Below are positions 1 to 8,165 of a DNA stretch of 53,638 nt, in pieces. Made by a program: the position numbers and the translations under genes. Positions within the stretch are counted from its first letter, which is position 1. Each line of letters opens with the position of its first letter. The notes beneath the pieces were generated by a model that saw nothing but the letters and a program-made list of their open reading frames with translations, did not search any database and was not told the origin of the DNA. The DNA is from Eubacteriales bacterium (GTDB lineage: Bacteria; Bacillota; Clostridia; Oscillospirales; QAKW01): positions 1 to 53,638 of the forward strand of contig JAZUNB010000086.1 of the NCBI GenBank assembly GCA_045603925.1, written 5' to 3'.

Positions 1-56
1 AAGGTATATCGAATCCCAATGGGATATATCGAAAATTCCGAAGGAATTTATCTCGC
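1..56. repeat. Partial mosaic repeat array, truncated by the window start: TATATCGAA units alternating with mini-hairpins
   Basis: TATATCGAA at 5-13 and 25-33, and a degenerate TTTATCTCG at 47-55. The gaps are self-complementary: tccc-aat-ggga (14-24) and ttcc-gaa-ggaa (36-46). The architecture matches 8166-8338 and 9034-9196. Confidence 0.6.
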
Positions 57-84
57 TGCAAAGTGTCCTCAAGGACACTTTGCA
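57..84. terminator. Strong stem-loop downstream of the HD-domain gene (candidate terminator)
   Basis: tgcaaagtgtcc-tcaa-ggacactttgca forms a 12 bp perfect stem. It lies just past the minus-strand stop at 101-103. The T-tract is weak on the minus strand; a T7 run follows about 10 nt later on the plus strand. Confidence 0.45.
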
Positions 85-100
85 AAGGGCAGGTCTTTTT

Positions 101-685
101 TTATCTTTTTTCTTCCAAGTAGAGGGAGGCCTCCATATCAGCTGTGGCCAATGCAAAGGCGAGAGGATACATTTCAAAGGCTTTAGAGCAATTGCGGATA
201 TCCTTTTCTTCGGAGAAGCCCATATGATACCGAATGGCAAAGGCCTCTTCACGGGTCAGCCGCATAAAGCCGCCGATGATGTAAACGCTTTTTTCACCAT
301 GTCCATAAGGGAGATTATCATCGAATTCATAATAAGGAACCTTCTCCCAAACCCCTGCATCGTTTTTTACATTCCGCATGGAGGTTTTATAAACATTCAC
401 CTTGCAAAGATCGTGCAGTAAGGAAACGATCGCAATAGACTCCTCGCTGTATTCATTGGCAAAGAGCTTCTTGGTATAGGGTCTTGCGAGATATTCCTTC
501 AAATTGGTATAGACATTCAGGCTATGCTCGCAAAGACCGCCGGGATAATTCCCGTGAAAACGGGTGCTTGCAGGAGCGGTAAAAAAATCCGAGCCGCTTC
601 CGCAAAGGTACTCCAATAATTCTTCCGCACCTTCGCGCTTGATCTTCTCGCGATACAACGCGCAAAACTTTTCTTTCATATCCAT
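101..685 (-). CDS. HD-domain phosphohydrolase
   Basis: 194 aa ORF with HD-superfamily pattern: RFHGNYPGGLCEHS, LLHDLCK and GHGEKS. Confidence 0.75.
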   Translation of the reverse strand: MDMKEKFCALYREKIKREGAEELLEYLCGSGSDFFTAPASTRFHGNYPGGLCEHSLNVYTNLKEYLARPYTKKLFANEYSEESIAIVSLLHDLCKVNVYKTSMRNVKNDAGVWEKVPYYEFDDNLPYGHGEKSVYIIGGFMRLTREEAFAIRYHMGFSEEKDIRNCSKAFEMYPLAFALATADMEASLYLEEKR

Positions 686-704
686 AGTTGCTTTATTCCT
701 TTAC

Positions 705-1793
705 TCAATTCTCAGGTATTTTCCAGATGTGGATCTTGCCCTCTTCGTGGAGATTTTTCAAGATCACAACCGTAATGGGAAGTAAAAACATACCGCCAAA
801 GCCAAAGAGCTTCAAACCGACCCAAATGCAGAACAGGGTCACAATAGGGAGCATACCGGTATTATCCCCGATGATCTTGGGCTCCAGAATCTGCCGCACA
901 ACAGTTACAACGATATACATCGAGATCAGAATCAGCGCCTGCCATGGTTCACCGGTCAGCAGACTGAATACCGACCAAGGAATCAAAACAGTACCGACGC
1001 CGAGGACCGGCAGAATATCCACAATAGCGATCAAGAAAGCAAGGGGAATCGCCGGCTTGAACCGAAAGATCAGGAAAAAGACGGAAAGCTCAATGAAGGT
1101 AGCCAGCATCAGCAGGGAATAGGAGCGCAAATATTTCCATACAGTAGAAAACAAATTGTTTTTGATATCGATGATCAGTTCCTGATGCTTGGCCCCAAAC
1201 TGCGCTAAAACAAAACGCTTCACAACAGGGAAGGAAACCGACATAAATACGCTGGATACAATGGTCACAATAACAAAGATCAAAATATTGGGGATATAGG
1301 TAACCACATTTCCCGCATAGCCCAAAACCAAGCTTCCCAAGGAGCCGGTCAATAGTGAACTGTAATCGTAATTGGTCAAATAGGTAACAGCGTTATCGAG
1401 GATGTTATCGGGCAAAAAGGCCAGAAGTCCGTTGCTGCCGTCTAAAGCCCCCTTTAAATAGAGGATCATTTCTTTGAGATAGCCCGGAATCTTCGAAAGA
1501 AGAACCTTGCCCTCCGACCAGATGGTGGTGGATAAGAATACACCGACGACAACCAGCAACGCAATAATGGATAAAACACACAGCGTGCTGGCAATTCCAC
1601 GGGGAAAACGAGCCTTTTGAACCAGGAAAGCCACTAAAGGCTCTGCCAGAGAGGCAACAATGAATGCGATGATAAAGGGGGCGATGGCGCCGAAAACATA
1701 TCTTACCGCAAGATAAGCAAGAAAGATAAACACCGCAATAAAGGCAATTTGTATCAGGTAATGTACCCTTTTATAGTCTCGATTTGAAAGCAT
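705..1793 (-). CDS. ytvI: Sporulation integral membrane protein YtvI / AI-2E family transporter
   Basis: 362 aa polytopic membrane protein. The C-terminal VDILPVLGVGTVLIPW and LKLFGFGGMFLLPI segments are typical of the AI-2E/YtvI family. Confidence 0.7.
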   Translation of the reverse strand: MLSNRDYKRVHYLIQIAFIAVFIFLAYLAVRYVFGAIAPFIIAFIVASLAEPLVAFLVQKARFPRGIASTLCVLSIIALLVVVGVFLSTTIWSEGKVLLSKIPGYLKEMILYLKGALDGSNGLLAFLPDNILDNAVTYLTNYDYSSLLTGSLGSLVLGYAGNVVTYIPNILIFVIVTIVSSVFMSVSFPVVKRFVLAQFGAKHQELIIDIKNNLFSTVWKYLRSYSLLMLATFIELSVFFLIFRFKPAIPLAFLIAIVDILPVLGVGTVLIPWSVFSLLTGEPWQALILISMYIVVTVVRQILEPKIIGDNTGMLPIVTLFCIWVGLKLFGFGGMFLLPITVVILKNLHEEGKIHIWKIPEN

Positions 1794-1823
1794 AGAAAAC
1801 TTTTACTCCGTTATTTTTTTATT

Positions 1824-1852
1824 ATTATAGCATAGATGAAAATAAAAAATAA
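1824..1852 (-). promoter_or_regulatory. Extended -10 promoter for ytvI
   Basis: The minus strand reads TGCTATAAT (1824-1832). The -35 is weak (TTATTT, 1847-1852) at 17 nt spacing. Confidence 0.5.
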
Positions 1853-1879
1853 AGAGTATTTTGAAATTTCATAAATTCC

Positions 1880-1908
1880 TTGAAAAAATCACCGAATTGT
1901 GTTATATT
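1880..1908 (+). promoter_or_regulatory. Sigma-A type promoter for the ACT-protein/aspartokinase pair
   Basis: TTGAAA (1880-1885), a 17 nt spacer, then TATATT (1903-1908) preceded by TGT (extended -10). Confidence 0.55.
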
Positions 1909-1952
1909 TGTATTTGTATTAGCAACAAATGTCTCTATAGAAAGGACAAGCA

Positions 1953-2396
1953 ATGAACCAAGAGTATTATTTGATCGATAAAAGCGTTTTGCCCGAAATC
2001 TTCTCCAAGGTGATCGAAGCCAAACGGATCCTGCAAACCGGAGAGTGCAAAACAGTACATGAGGCCGCCAAGAAGGTGGGGATCTCCCGCAGTGTGTTTT
2101 ATAAATATAAAGACAGTGTTCATGTTTTTGTGGAGAAGGATAAACAAAATATCATCACCCTGATCCTTTATCTTTCGGATGAGATCGGCGCCCTATCCCG
2201 CGTTTTGGGCTTGATCTCTTCGGTCGGCGCAAGCATTCTGACCATTAATCAGAATGTTCCGATGAATGGGATTGCGCCCGTATCCATTTCCTTCAATACT
2301 CTGAAAATGGATATTCCGTTGGAGGAGTTATTGGATCAGATGAAAAAGCTCAGCGGTGTTTTAAGTGTAAAGCCGGTGGCAAAAGAGCGTGGATAG
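1953..2396 (+). CDS. UPF0735 (PheB-like) ACT-domain protein with N-terminal HTH-like segment
   Basis: 147 aa. The N-terminus YLIDKSVLPEIFSKVIEAKRIL...KKVGISRSVFYKYKD and a C-terminal ACT-like domain match the pattern of the UPF0735 family. Confidence 0.7.
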   Translation: MNQEYYLIDKSVLPEIFSKVIEAKRILQTGECKTVHEAAKKVGISRSVFYKYKDSVHVFVEKDKQNIITLILYLSDEIGALSRVLGLISSVGASILTINQNVPMNGIAPVSISFNTLKMDIPLEELLDQMKKLSGVLSVKPVAKERG

Positions 2397-2457
2397 AATA
2401 TAATGAAACTGAGTTAAAAAAGATCTTTTACCTCAATTCTTTCAGAGGGGGATACCA

Positions 2458-3189
2458 ATGGGACTGATTGTCCAAAAATTCGGCGGAACTTCGGTTGCAG
2501 ACCGCACCTGTCTGCATAATGTTGCCAATATCATTGCCCGCAGGATCAATGAGGGAAACCAAGTGGTTACGGTTGTTTCCGCCCAAGGGGATGCCACTGA
2601 TCGGCTTTTAGCCACCGCGCGTGAGATCACCGAAAATCCTGCGCCGAGAGAGTTGGACGCCTTACTATCCACCGGAGAGCAGGCCTCTGCCGCATTACTT
2701 GCCATCACATTGATGGATAGCGGTGTTCCCGCAGTTTCTCTGACGGGAGCCCAGGCGGGAATCTGTACGGATTCCGAATATGGAAACGCAGAGATTCTTT
2801 CCATCGATATAAAAGCAATTAAAAAGTATCTTGATCAAGGTATCGCTGTGATCGTTACCGGTTTTCAAGGGATCACTGAAAGCGGGAATGTAACCACTCT
2901 GGGGCGCGGCGGCTCCGATGCATCCGCGGTTGCTCTGGCGGCGGCATTAAATGCAGACAGCTGTCGTATCTATAAAGATGTAGACGGTATTTATACCGCC
3001 GATCCGCGAGAGGATATCACTGCTAAAAAGCTGGATCATCTCACCTATGAAGAGATGCTTGCTTTATCAGATAAAGGCTCCGGTGTGCTTCAGCGAAAAA
3101 GTATTGAATTGGCGCAGCAGCATCAGATCGAGCTTCACATCCTCTCCAGCTTTCAATTAACCAGCGGCACAATTATCAGCGAAAAATAA
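2458..3189 (+). CDS. Aspartate kinase, catalytic amino-acid-kinase domain only (no ACT domains)
   Basis: IVQKFGGTSV, VVVSAQGDATD, GFQG...TTLGRGGSDASAV and IYKDVDGIYTADPR are present. The ORF stops at 243 aa and a terminator follows directly. Typical aspartokinases are about 400 aa and carry two C-terminal ACT domains. Confidence 0.8.
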   Translation: MGLIVQKFGGTSVADRTCLHNVANIIARRINEGNQVVTVVSAQGDATDRLLATAREITENPAPRELDALLSTGEQASAALLAITLMDSGVPAVSLTGAQAGICTDSEYGNAEILSIDIKAIKKYLDQGIAVIVTGFQGITESGNVTTLGRGGSDASAVALAAALNADSCRIYKDVDGIYTADPREDITAKKLDHLTYEEMLALSDKGSGVLQRKSIELAQQHQIELHILSSFQLTSGTIISEK

Positions 3190-3205
3190 CCCTTAAGGAC
3201 AAGTT

Positions 3206-3239
3206 CGGCGGTTTTCTCTGCAGAAAACCGCCGTTTTTT
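3206..3239 (+). terminator. Intrinsic terminator after the aspartokinase gene
   Basis: cggcggttttc-tctgca-gaaaaccgccg followed by TTTTTT. Confidence 0.8.
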
Positions 3240-3915
3240 ACTGATAATAGGATCGCATTTTTGAGATTGCTTTGGTTTCGATTCTGGAAACATAGCTACG
3301 GGAGATCCCCAGTTTTTTCGCGACCTGCTTTTGGGTATGGGGAAGCGTATTGTAGAGGCCGTATCGCATAATGAGAATGCGTTTTTCCCGTGGCTCTAAC
3401 CGCTCGATATATTGATAAAGCTTCTTGCTGTTGATCTTCAGATCCAGATCCTCGGCAAAGTTTTCTTCTTCGCAAACAATATCTAAAAAGGTCAGCGCAT
3501 TTCCATCGCCATCGGTTTCGATCGGGTCGTTGATATTAACATCGTTTTGCCGCTTTTTCTGGTTGCGGAAATACATCAAGATCTCATTTTCAATGCATCT
3601 GGCTGCATAGGTTGCAAGTCTTGCGCCTTTCTGTTGATCAAAGGTGGAAACACCCTTGATCAAGCCGATGGTGCCGATAGAGATCAGATCGTCCTGATCC
3701 TTGCTGGTTGCATAGTATTTTTTAATGATATGTGCGACCAATCGGAGATTTCGCTCAATCAGGATATTCCTGGCCTCAATGTCACCCTTTTTAAACTGTT
3801 CCAGATAATACCGCTCTTCCGCCAGAGTCAATGGCTTGGGAAAGGTTGCGCCGCCGGATAGATAAAGCATCAGGAAGATGGTTTGATCCAGAAAGCTTTG
3901 CAGCGGAATAAACAT
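3238..3915 (-). CDS. sigK: RNA polymerase sporulation sigma factor SigK (pro-sigma-K), uninterrupted
   Basis: LVAHIIKKY, DLISIGTIGLIKGV, ATYAARCIENEILMY and GISRSYVSRIETKAI match SigK rather than SigE. The pro-sequence MFIPLQ...YLSGGATFPKPL is present. The ATG at 3915 has a GAGGTG RBS. The 299 aa version in the ORF track is an upstream over-extension. Confidence 0.85.
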   Translation of the reverse strand: MFIPLQSFLDQTIFLMLYLSGGATFPKPLTLAEERYYLEQFKKGDIEARNILIERNLRLVAHIIKKYYATSKDQDDLISIGTIGLIKGVSTFDQQKGARLATYAARCIENEILMYFRNQKKRQNDVNINDPIETDGDGNALTFLDIVCEEENFAEDLDLKINSKKLYQYIERLEPREKRILIMRYGLYNTLPHTQKQVAKKLGISRSYVSRIETKAISKMRSYYQ

Positions 3916-3933
3916 ATAGATCACCTCAGAAAC

Positions 3934-3941
3934 AGTGTATG
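3934..3941 (-). promoter_or_regulatory. Candidate mother-cell (sigma-E/K type) -10 element upstream of sigK
   Basis: The minus strand reads CATACACT 18 nt upstream of the sigK ATG, matching the CATACAnT -10 consensus. I found no convincing -35. Confidence 0.3.
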
Positions 3942-3959
3942 AAAAAAGTCGCTTGTCAC

Positions 3960-3988
3960 TTGCAAAAAGTTCATTGATATGATATGAT
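3960..3988 (+). promoter_or_regulatory. Candidate sigma-A promoter for the 126 aa ORF
   Basis: TTGCAA (3960-3965), a 17 nt spacer, then TATGAT (3983-3988). It overlaps a TGATA x3 micro-repeat. Confidence 0.35.
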
Positions 3989-4014
3989 ATTAAAAATGTT
4001 GAAAGGGCTATAAA

Positions 4015-4395
4015 ATGATAGAGATTAAAAAGGTGACCGACCCCTTGATCTTGGATCGGATCAGTAAAGACCACCAAATAGAAATTGAATGCAGTGATCA
4101 TGTGATTGCTACCATTGAAAGAGAAAAAATCCTCCATTGCGCAGTGTTCTCTTACGAGGATGAAATCGGAAAAATCAAGGCAATAAGCGGCTTTGAGGGC
4201 AATATAGATCTCTTGGATGGCCTTTGCCGCGCAATTTTAAACATCATGGACATCAATGGTGTAAAGCAAGTTTACTTGTCAAATAAATATGCAAAATTAG
4301 CGGAATTTGTCGGTTTTTCAAAGGCCGAAGGCAGTGATTATATTCTGCAGTTGGAAGGATTTTTCCAATGCGGATGCTGTAGATCAAAAAAATAG
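4015..4395 (+). CDS. Hypothetical small protein with C-terminal CGCC motif
   Basis: 126 aa with a GAAAGGG RBS. I recognise no family. It ends FFQCGCCRSKK. It is divergent from sigK and immediately upstream of the HAD gene. Confidence 0.5.
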   Translation: MIEIKKVTDPLILDRISKDHQIEIECSDHVIATIEREKILHCAVFSYEDEIGKIKAISGFEGNIDLLDGLCRAILNIMDINGVKQVYLSNKYAKLAEFVGFSKAEGSDYILQLEGFFQCGCCRSKK

Positions 4396-4407
4396 GGGAG
4401 AGCAACA

Positions 4408-5199
4408 ATGGAATTAAAGGATAAGCGTTTATTTTTGCTGGATATGGACGGTACCATCTATCTGGATCAGGAATTATTTGACGGTACATTAGACTTTTTG
4501 GAGCATGTAAAAAAAATCGGCGGCAGAGCCATGTATCTGACCAATAATAGCTCCAAAAGTGTTCAAAAATATATTGAAAAGCTTGGCTCTATGGGCATTA
4601 AAGCCGGCAAAGAGGATTTTACAACCTCGGCTCAGGCAACCGCATTATATCTGCAGAAAACCCATAAAGACGACTTATTATATGTATTCGGCACTCAAGC
4701 CTTGAAGGATGAGTTGATCGAATATGGCCTCAAAATTACTGACACGATTTGTGATGAAATCGCCTGTTTGGTAATGGGCTTTGACACCGAGCTTTGCTTT
4801 CAGAAATTAGAAGATGCATGTATTTTGTTAAACCGTGGCGTGGATTACATTGCAACCAATCCCGATTGGGTTTGTCCCACATGGTACGGATCGGTTCCTG
4901 ATTGCGGTTCCATTGCGCAGATTCTGCAAACAGCAACAGGAAGACTACCGAAATTCATCGGAAAGCCGGAGCCCACTATGATCGATCTTGCAATAGAGTA
5001 TACAGGCTTTAAAAAGGAGCAGGCCATCATATTGGGAGACCGTTTATATACCGATATCGCAAGCGGAAGCAATGCAGGAATCGATACAGCGTTAATGCTG
5101 AGCGGTGAATCCACTATGGAAGATGTTGAGGTATTTGATGGGAAGAAACCGACTTATATATTTGATAATATCAGATGCTTCCTGAATGCAATTCAATAG
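4408..5199 (+). CDS. HAD-IIA family hydrolase (NagD-like sugar phosphatase)
   Basis: FLLDMDGTIY (DxDGT), YLTNNSSKS, GKPEP and LGDRLYTDI motifs. Confidence 0.8.
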   Translation: MELKDKRLFLLDMDGTIYLDQELFDGTLDFLEHVKKIGGRAMYLTNNSSKSVQKYIEKLGSMGIKAGKEDFTTSAQATALYLQKTHKDDLLYVFGTQALKDELIEYGLKITDTICDEIACLVMGFDTELCFQKLEDACILLNRGVDYIATNPDWVCPTWYGSVPDCGSIAQILQTATGRLPKFIGKPEPTMIDLAIEYTGFKKEQAIILGDRLYTDIASGSNAGIDTALMLSGESTMEDVEVFDGKKPTYIFDNIRCFLNAIQ

Positions 5200-5289
5200 A
5201 ATCCCCATAAATGTACCTATAATTAAATTAATATGATTTTGAGCCGGAAAAGGATAAAATCTTCTCCGGCTCAACTAATTACTCCCCCT

Positions 5290-5319
5290 AACTGCACAAA
5301 ATATCCATTTTGTGCAGTT
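5290..5319. promoter_or_regulatory. Perfect 13 bp inverted repeat abutting the -35 of the recombinase promoter (operator or hairpin)
   Basis: AACTGCACAAAAT-atcc-ATTTTGTGCAGTT. Its last two bases are the first two bases of the TTGACA -35 box. Confidence 0.55.
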
Positions 5320-5346
5320 GACATTGTATATATTTCGTGATATAAT
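5318..5346 (+). promoter_or_regulatory. Consensus sigma-A promoter
   Basis: TTGACA (5318-5323), a 17 nt spacer, then TGaTATAAT (-10 at 5341-5346). Confidence 0.75.
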
Positions 5347-5378
5347 ATTTTCATCCCCCGTTCAAAGGAGTGAGAATT

Positions 5379-6350
5379 TTGATCGATTATGACCGCCTTC
5401 CGCAAACTTTAAAGGATTTTATTTTCTATTTAGAGGTTGTTTTGGGAAAATCCAAGTCAACTACCTATGAATATATTCTCGATCTTGAGAACTTTTTCCG
5501 TTATACCCGAATCAAAAAAGAAAAGCTCCCATCCGATACGAAGCTGCATGATGTTGCGATCCATGATCTTGATATTCCCTTTGTGGCATCCATTACCTTG
5601 CAGGATATCTACGATTATTTTTATTACTGCCGTGAGGTTCGTAAAAACGGTTCCCGCAGTATTTCCAGAAAAATGTCTTCCCTTCGTACTTATTTTAAGT
5701 ATATGACCCAGAAGATGCACCTTTTGAAGAATAACCCCATGGAGGGCGTTTCCACCCCTTCCCTGCCTAAAACCCTTCCCAAGCATCTGACTCTGGAGGA
5801 AAGCACAGAATTGCTGTCTGCTGTCAAAAAAAGTCGCAGAGATTATGCAATCCTTACGCTGTTTTTAAACTGCGGAATGCGCCTTGCAGAACTGGTTTCT
5901 CTGAATGTGAGCGATATTAAGAATGAGTACGCGGTGATCACCGGCAAAGGCAATAAACAGCGTACCATTCATTTAAATCAAGCCTGCCGCGATGCGGTAG
6001 ACGATTATCTGAACCACGAACGCCCCAAGGAAGGCTTGAAAGACCCGGAGGCACTGTTTATCAGCCGAAATAAGAGCCGTATTTCCCGTCGCGCGGTGCA
6101 GAATCTGGTTGAAAAATACCTGCATATTGCCGGTTTGGGCGACAAACACCTATCAACCCATAAGCTGCGGCATACAGCGGCAACCTTAATGCATCGCCAT
6201 GGCCATGTGGACATCCGCGTGCTTCAGGAAATTTTAGGCCATGAAAACCTCGGGACCACCCAGATTTATACCCATGTAGACAGCGAATCCATCAAAGAAG
6301 CATCCATCAGCAATCCCCTTTCTAAAATGAAACGAAAAAATATAGAATAA
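5379..6350 (+). CDS. Tyrosine site-specific recombinase, XerC/XerD family
   Basis: Catalytic pattern: GMRLAEL (R), HKLRHTAAT (HxxR), LGHENLGTTQIYTHV (H...Y). The GTG at 5370 overlaps the AAGGAG Shine-Dalgarno, so the TTG at 5379 is the more likely start. Confidence 0.8.
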   Translation: MIDYDRLPQTLKDFIFYLEVVLGKSKSTTYEYILDLENFFRYTRIKKEKLPSDTKLHDVAIHDLDIPFVASITLQDIYDYFYYCREVRKNGSRSISRKMSSLRTYFKYMTQKMHLLKNNPMEGVSTPSLPKTLPKHLTLEESTELLSAVKKSRRDYAILTLFLNCGMRLAELVSLNVSDIKNEYAVITGKGNKQRTIHLNQACRDAVDDYLNHERPKEGLKDPEALFISRNKSRISRRAVQNLVEKYLHIAGLGDKHLSTHKLRHTAATLMHRHGHVDIRVLQEILGHENLGTTQIYTHVDSESIKEASISNPLSKMKRKNIE

Positions 6351-6376
6351 GGCGCCGAAATCGGCGCCTTATTTTT
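6349..6376. terminator. Bidirectional terminator between convergent genes
   Basis: aaggcgccga-aa-tcggcgcctt followed by a T-rich run. The stem is flanked by A on one side and T on the other. Confidence 0.8.
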
Positions 6377-7433
6377 ATAGTATGATCAATTCTTTATTGG
6401 ATTTTGTCAGATTTTCATACCCATTTTCGGTAATATAAACCATATCCTCGATGCGAACCCCGAACTGATCCGAAAGATAGATCCCCGGCTCAACGGTGAT
6501 GACCATTCCCGGGGCGAGAACAGTCTCATCCGAGGTGTTAAAGCAAGGCTCTTCGTGGATCTCAATGCCAACGCTATGCCCCAAACCGTGGCCGAAACAG
6601 CCCTCATAGCCCTTGGAATTTATATAATTCCGCGCAGCCCCATCGATATCCTTACAGATCTTCCCCGGCGCAATAGCATCCAGCGCCTTTTGCTGCGCCG
6701 CCAGCACCGTCTCATATACTTCTCTTTGTTTGCTGCTCACCGGCCCGACCGCAACCGTTCGGGTCATATCGGAGCGATATCCCTTTACAACCGCTCCGAA
6801 ATCCATGGTAATGAAATCTCCCTTTTCGATCTTCTTATCGGTAGGAACTCCATGGGGCAACGAAGAGTTCTTACCGGAGACCACAATGAAGTCAAAGGAT
6901 ACCCCCTCGCTCCCCTGCTTTCGCAAAAAGAATTCCATGTCAAGCATAATTTCACGCTCGGTTTTTCCAGCGGAAATTTGCCCTAAAATGTATCCAAAGG
7001 TATCATCGGTAATCTTTTGCGCTTTTTTGATAAAACCAAGTTCTGCAGGCGTTTTAATGCTTCTCATGGCAAGGATCTTGCGATCAAGGCGAGGATCTTC
7101 CAAAATGCAACCGAAAATATCCTGATATCGGCTCTTTTCCGATACCGTCATACAGGAGGTCTCAATATAAACTGTTCGAACCGCATATTTCTTTGCCAAT
7201 TCCTTCAACTGATCCGAGGCTTTCTTGAGTAGCAAAACATTGCATACCGACACCGTCTTTACAGCCTTTTCATAATAGCGAAAATCAATCAAAAAATCCG
7301 CCGAGTTTTTAGTAACAAAAAGCACACCGGCAGAGGATTTGAAGTCGGTTAAATAAAGACGGTTGGCTCCGCTTGTTATAAGGACCCCTTCCCCGCTGTT
7401 TAAGTTTTTCTGCAATTTTTCGATTTTTGTCAT
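6375..7433 (-). CDS. Xaa-Pro aminopeptidase (M24 family)
   Basis: 352 aa with M24B metal ligand context: DFGAVVKGYRSDMTRT, GHGLGHSVGIEIHE and VITVEPGIY. Confidence 0.85.
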   Translation of the reverse strand: MTKIEKLQKNLNSGEGVLITSGANRLYLTDFKSSAGVLFVTKNSADFLIDFRYYEKAVKTVSVCNVLLLKKASDQLKELAKKYAVRTVYIETSCMTVSEKSRYQDIFGCILEDPRLDRKILAMRSIKTPAELGFIKKAQKITDDTFGYILGQISAGKTEREIMLDMEFFLRKQGSEGVSFDFIVVSGKNSSLPHGVPTDKKIEKGDFITMDFGAVVKGYRSDMTRTVAVGPVSSKQREVYETVLAAQQKALDAIAPGKICKDIDGAARNYINSKGYEGCFGHGLGHSVGIEIHEEPCFNTSDETVLAPGMVITVEPGIYLSDQFGVRIEDMVYITENGYENLTKSNKELIIL

Positions 7434-7436
7434 GGC

Positions 7437-8024
7437 TTAACTTTCCTTTGCTTTGCTCATTTTCAAATGTCTTTTATGCCAAATCTGCCGCATAATAACC
7501 ACAGATATGAGATATGCAATGCAAATAGTCATAGTATTGATCAAAAACAACCCCAAAATTTTTGGTAATAAAATGTAAGAAAAGATTTTCATGTTCAGCA
7601 ATAAGATTCCCGTAAAGGGAAACATTGCAAAGCCAAGGAATGACTGCACAGGCTCCGGGGCATTTATAAGCAGCAGTACGATATGTAAAAAATAATAGAG
7701 GGCTGTTGTAAGAATTATTGCAAGAATGTTACGCCGTTGTGTTAAATAAACATTTATGAGATCCTTAAAAAAGCCCGGCTTATTTGCTTTATATAAATTA
7801 AGGGATGCGATTCTATATGGTGAGTTGCGAAAGTGAATCATACACGCAAATACAATGGCAAATATAACCCAGATCACGATGTATGCCTCAAAATGAAACG
7901 ATATTCTTCCGGTATAGTCCGGAAAACTTGAAATGAAATAAAACCATATTGCAAACGGGAGCCCCAAAATCATATAGATTATTAAAGTGATGATTGAAGA
8001 AAACAACAGCCAGACGCAGATCAT
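7437..8024 (-). CDS. Hypothetical polytopic membrane protein (AT-rich gene)
   Basis: 195 aa with at least 5 hydrophobic spans and a GAGGGGAG RBS. I recognise no family. The stop lies 3 nt before the aminopeptidase start. Confidence 0.55.
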   Translation of the reverse strand: MICVWLLFSSIITLIIYMILGLPFAIWFYFISSFPDYTGRISFHFEAYIVIWVIFAIVFACMIHFRNSPYRIASLNLYKANKPGFFKDLINVYLTQRRNILAIILTTALYYFLHIVLLLINAPEPVQSFLGFAMFPFTGILLLNMKIFSYILLPKILGLFLINTMTICIAYLISVVIMRQIWHKRHLKMSKAKES

Positions 8025-8130
8025 CTTAAATCCACACTCCCCTCTCGTGCAATTAGATATAATGCAAGCAAATAATTAGGTAAAAGAATTAAGTTTTCGA
8101 AGCCAGGGCATCAAAACGCCGTTTTAAAGA

Positions 8131-8159
8131 ATTATAGCATAAAAGCGGTGGAGTGGCAA
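8131..8159 (-). promoter_or_regulatory. Sigma-A promoter with extended -10 for the membrane-protein gene
   Basis: The minus strand reads TTGCCA (8154-8159), a 17 nt spacer, then TGCTATAAT (-10 at 8131-8136). Confidence 0.65.
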
Positions 8160-8165
8160 GTTATT

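Noticed and set aside
3975-3990. TGATA x3 micro-repeat
   Set aside because: It is too short to be meaningful and is most simply part of the AT-rich divergent promoter region.
3916-4137. N-terminal 74 aa extension of the sigK ORF (the 299 aa version)
   Set aside because: The ATG at 3915 has a GAGGTG RBS and yields a canonical pro-sigma-K N-terminus. The extension overlaps the divergent promoter region and the start of the 126 aa ORF.
5379-6350. The tyrosine recombinase as a marker of a prophage or integrative element
   Set aside because: It has no flanking phage, conjugation or excisionase genes, and no direct repeats flank it. Its size and motifs fit a chromosomal XerC/D-type enzyme. It remains only a weak candidate link to the islet about 1 kb away.
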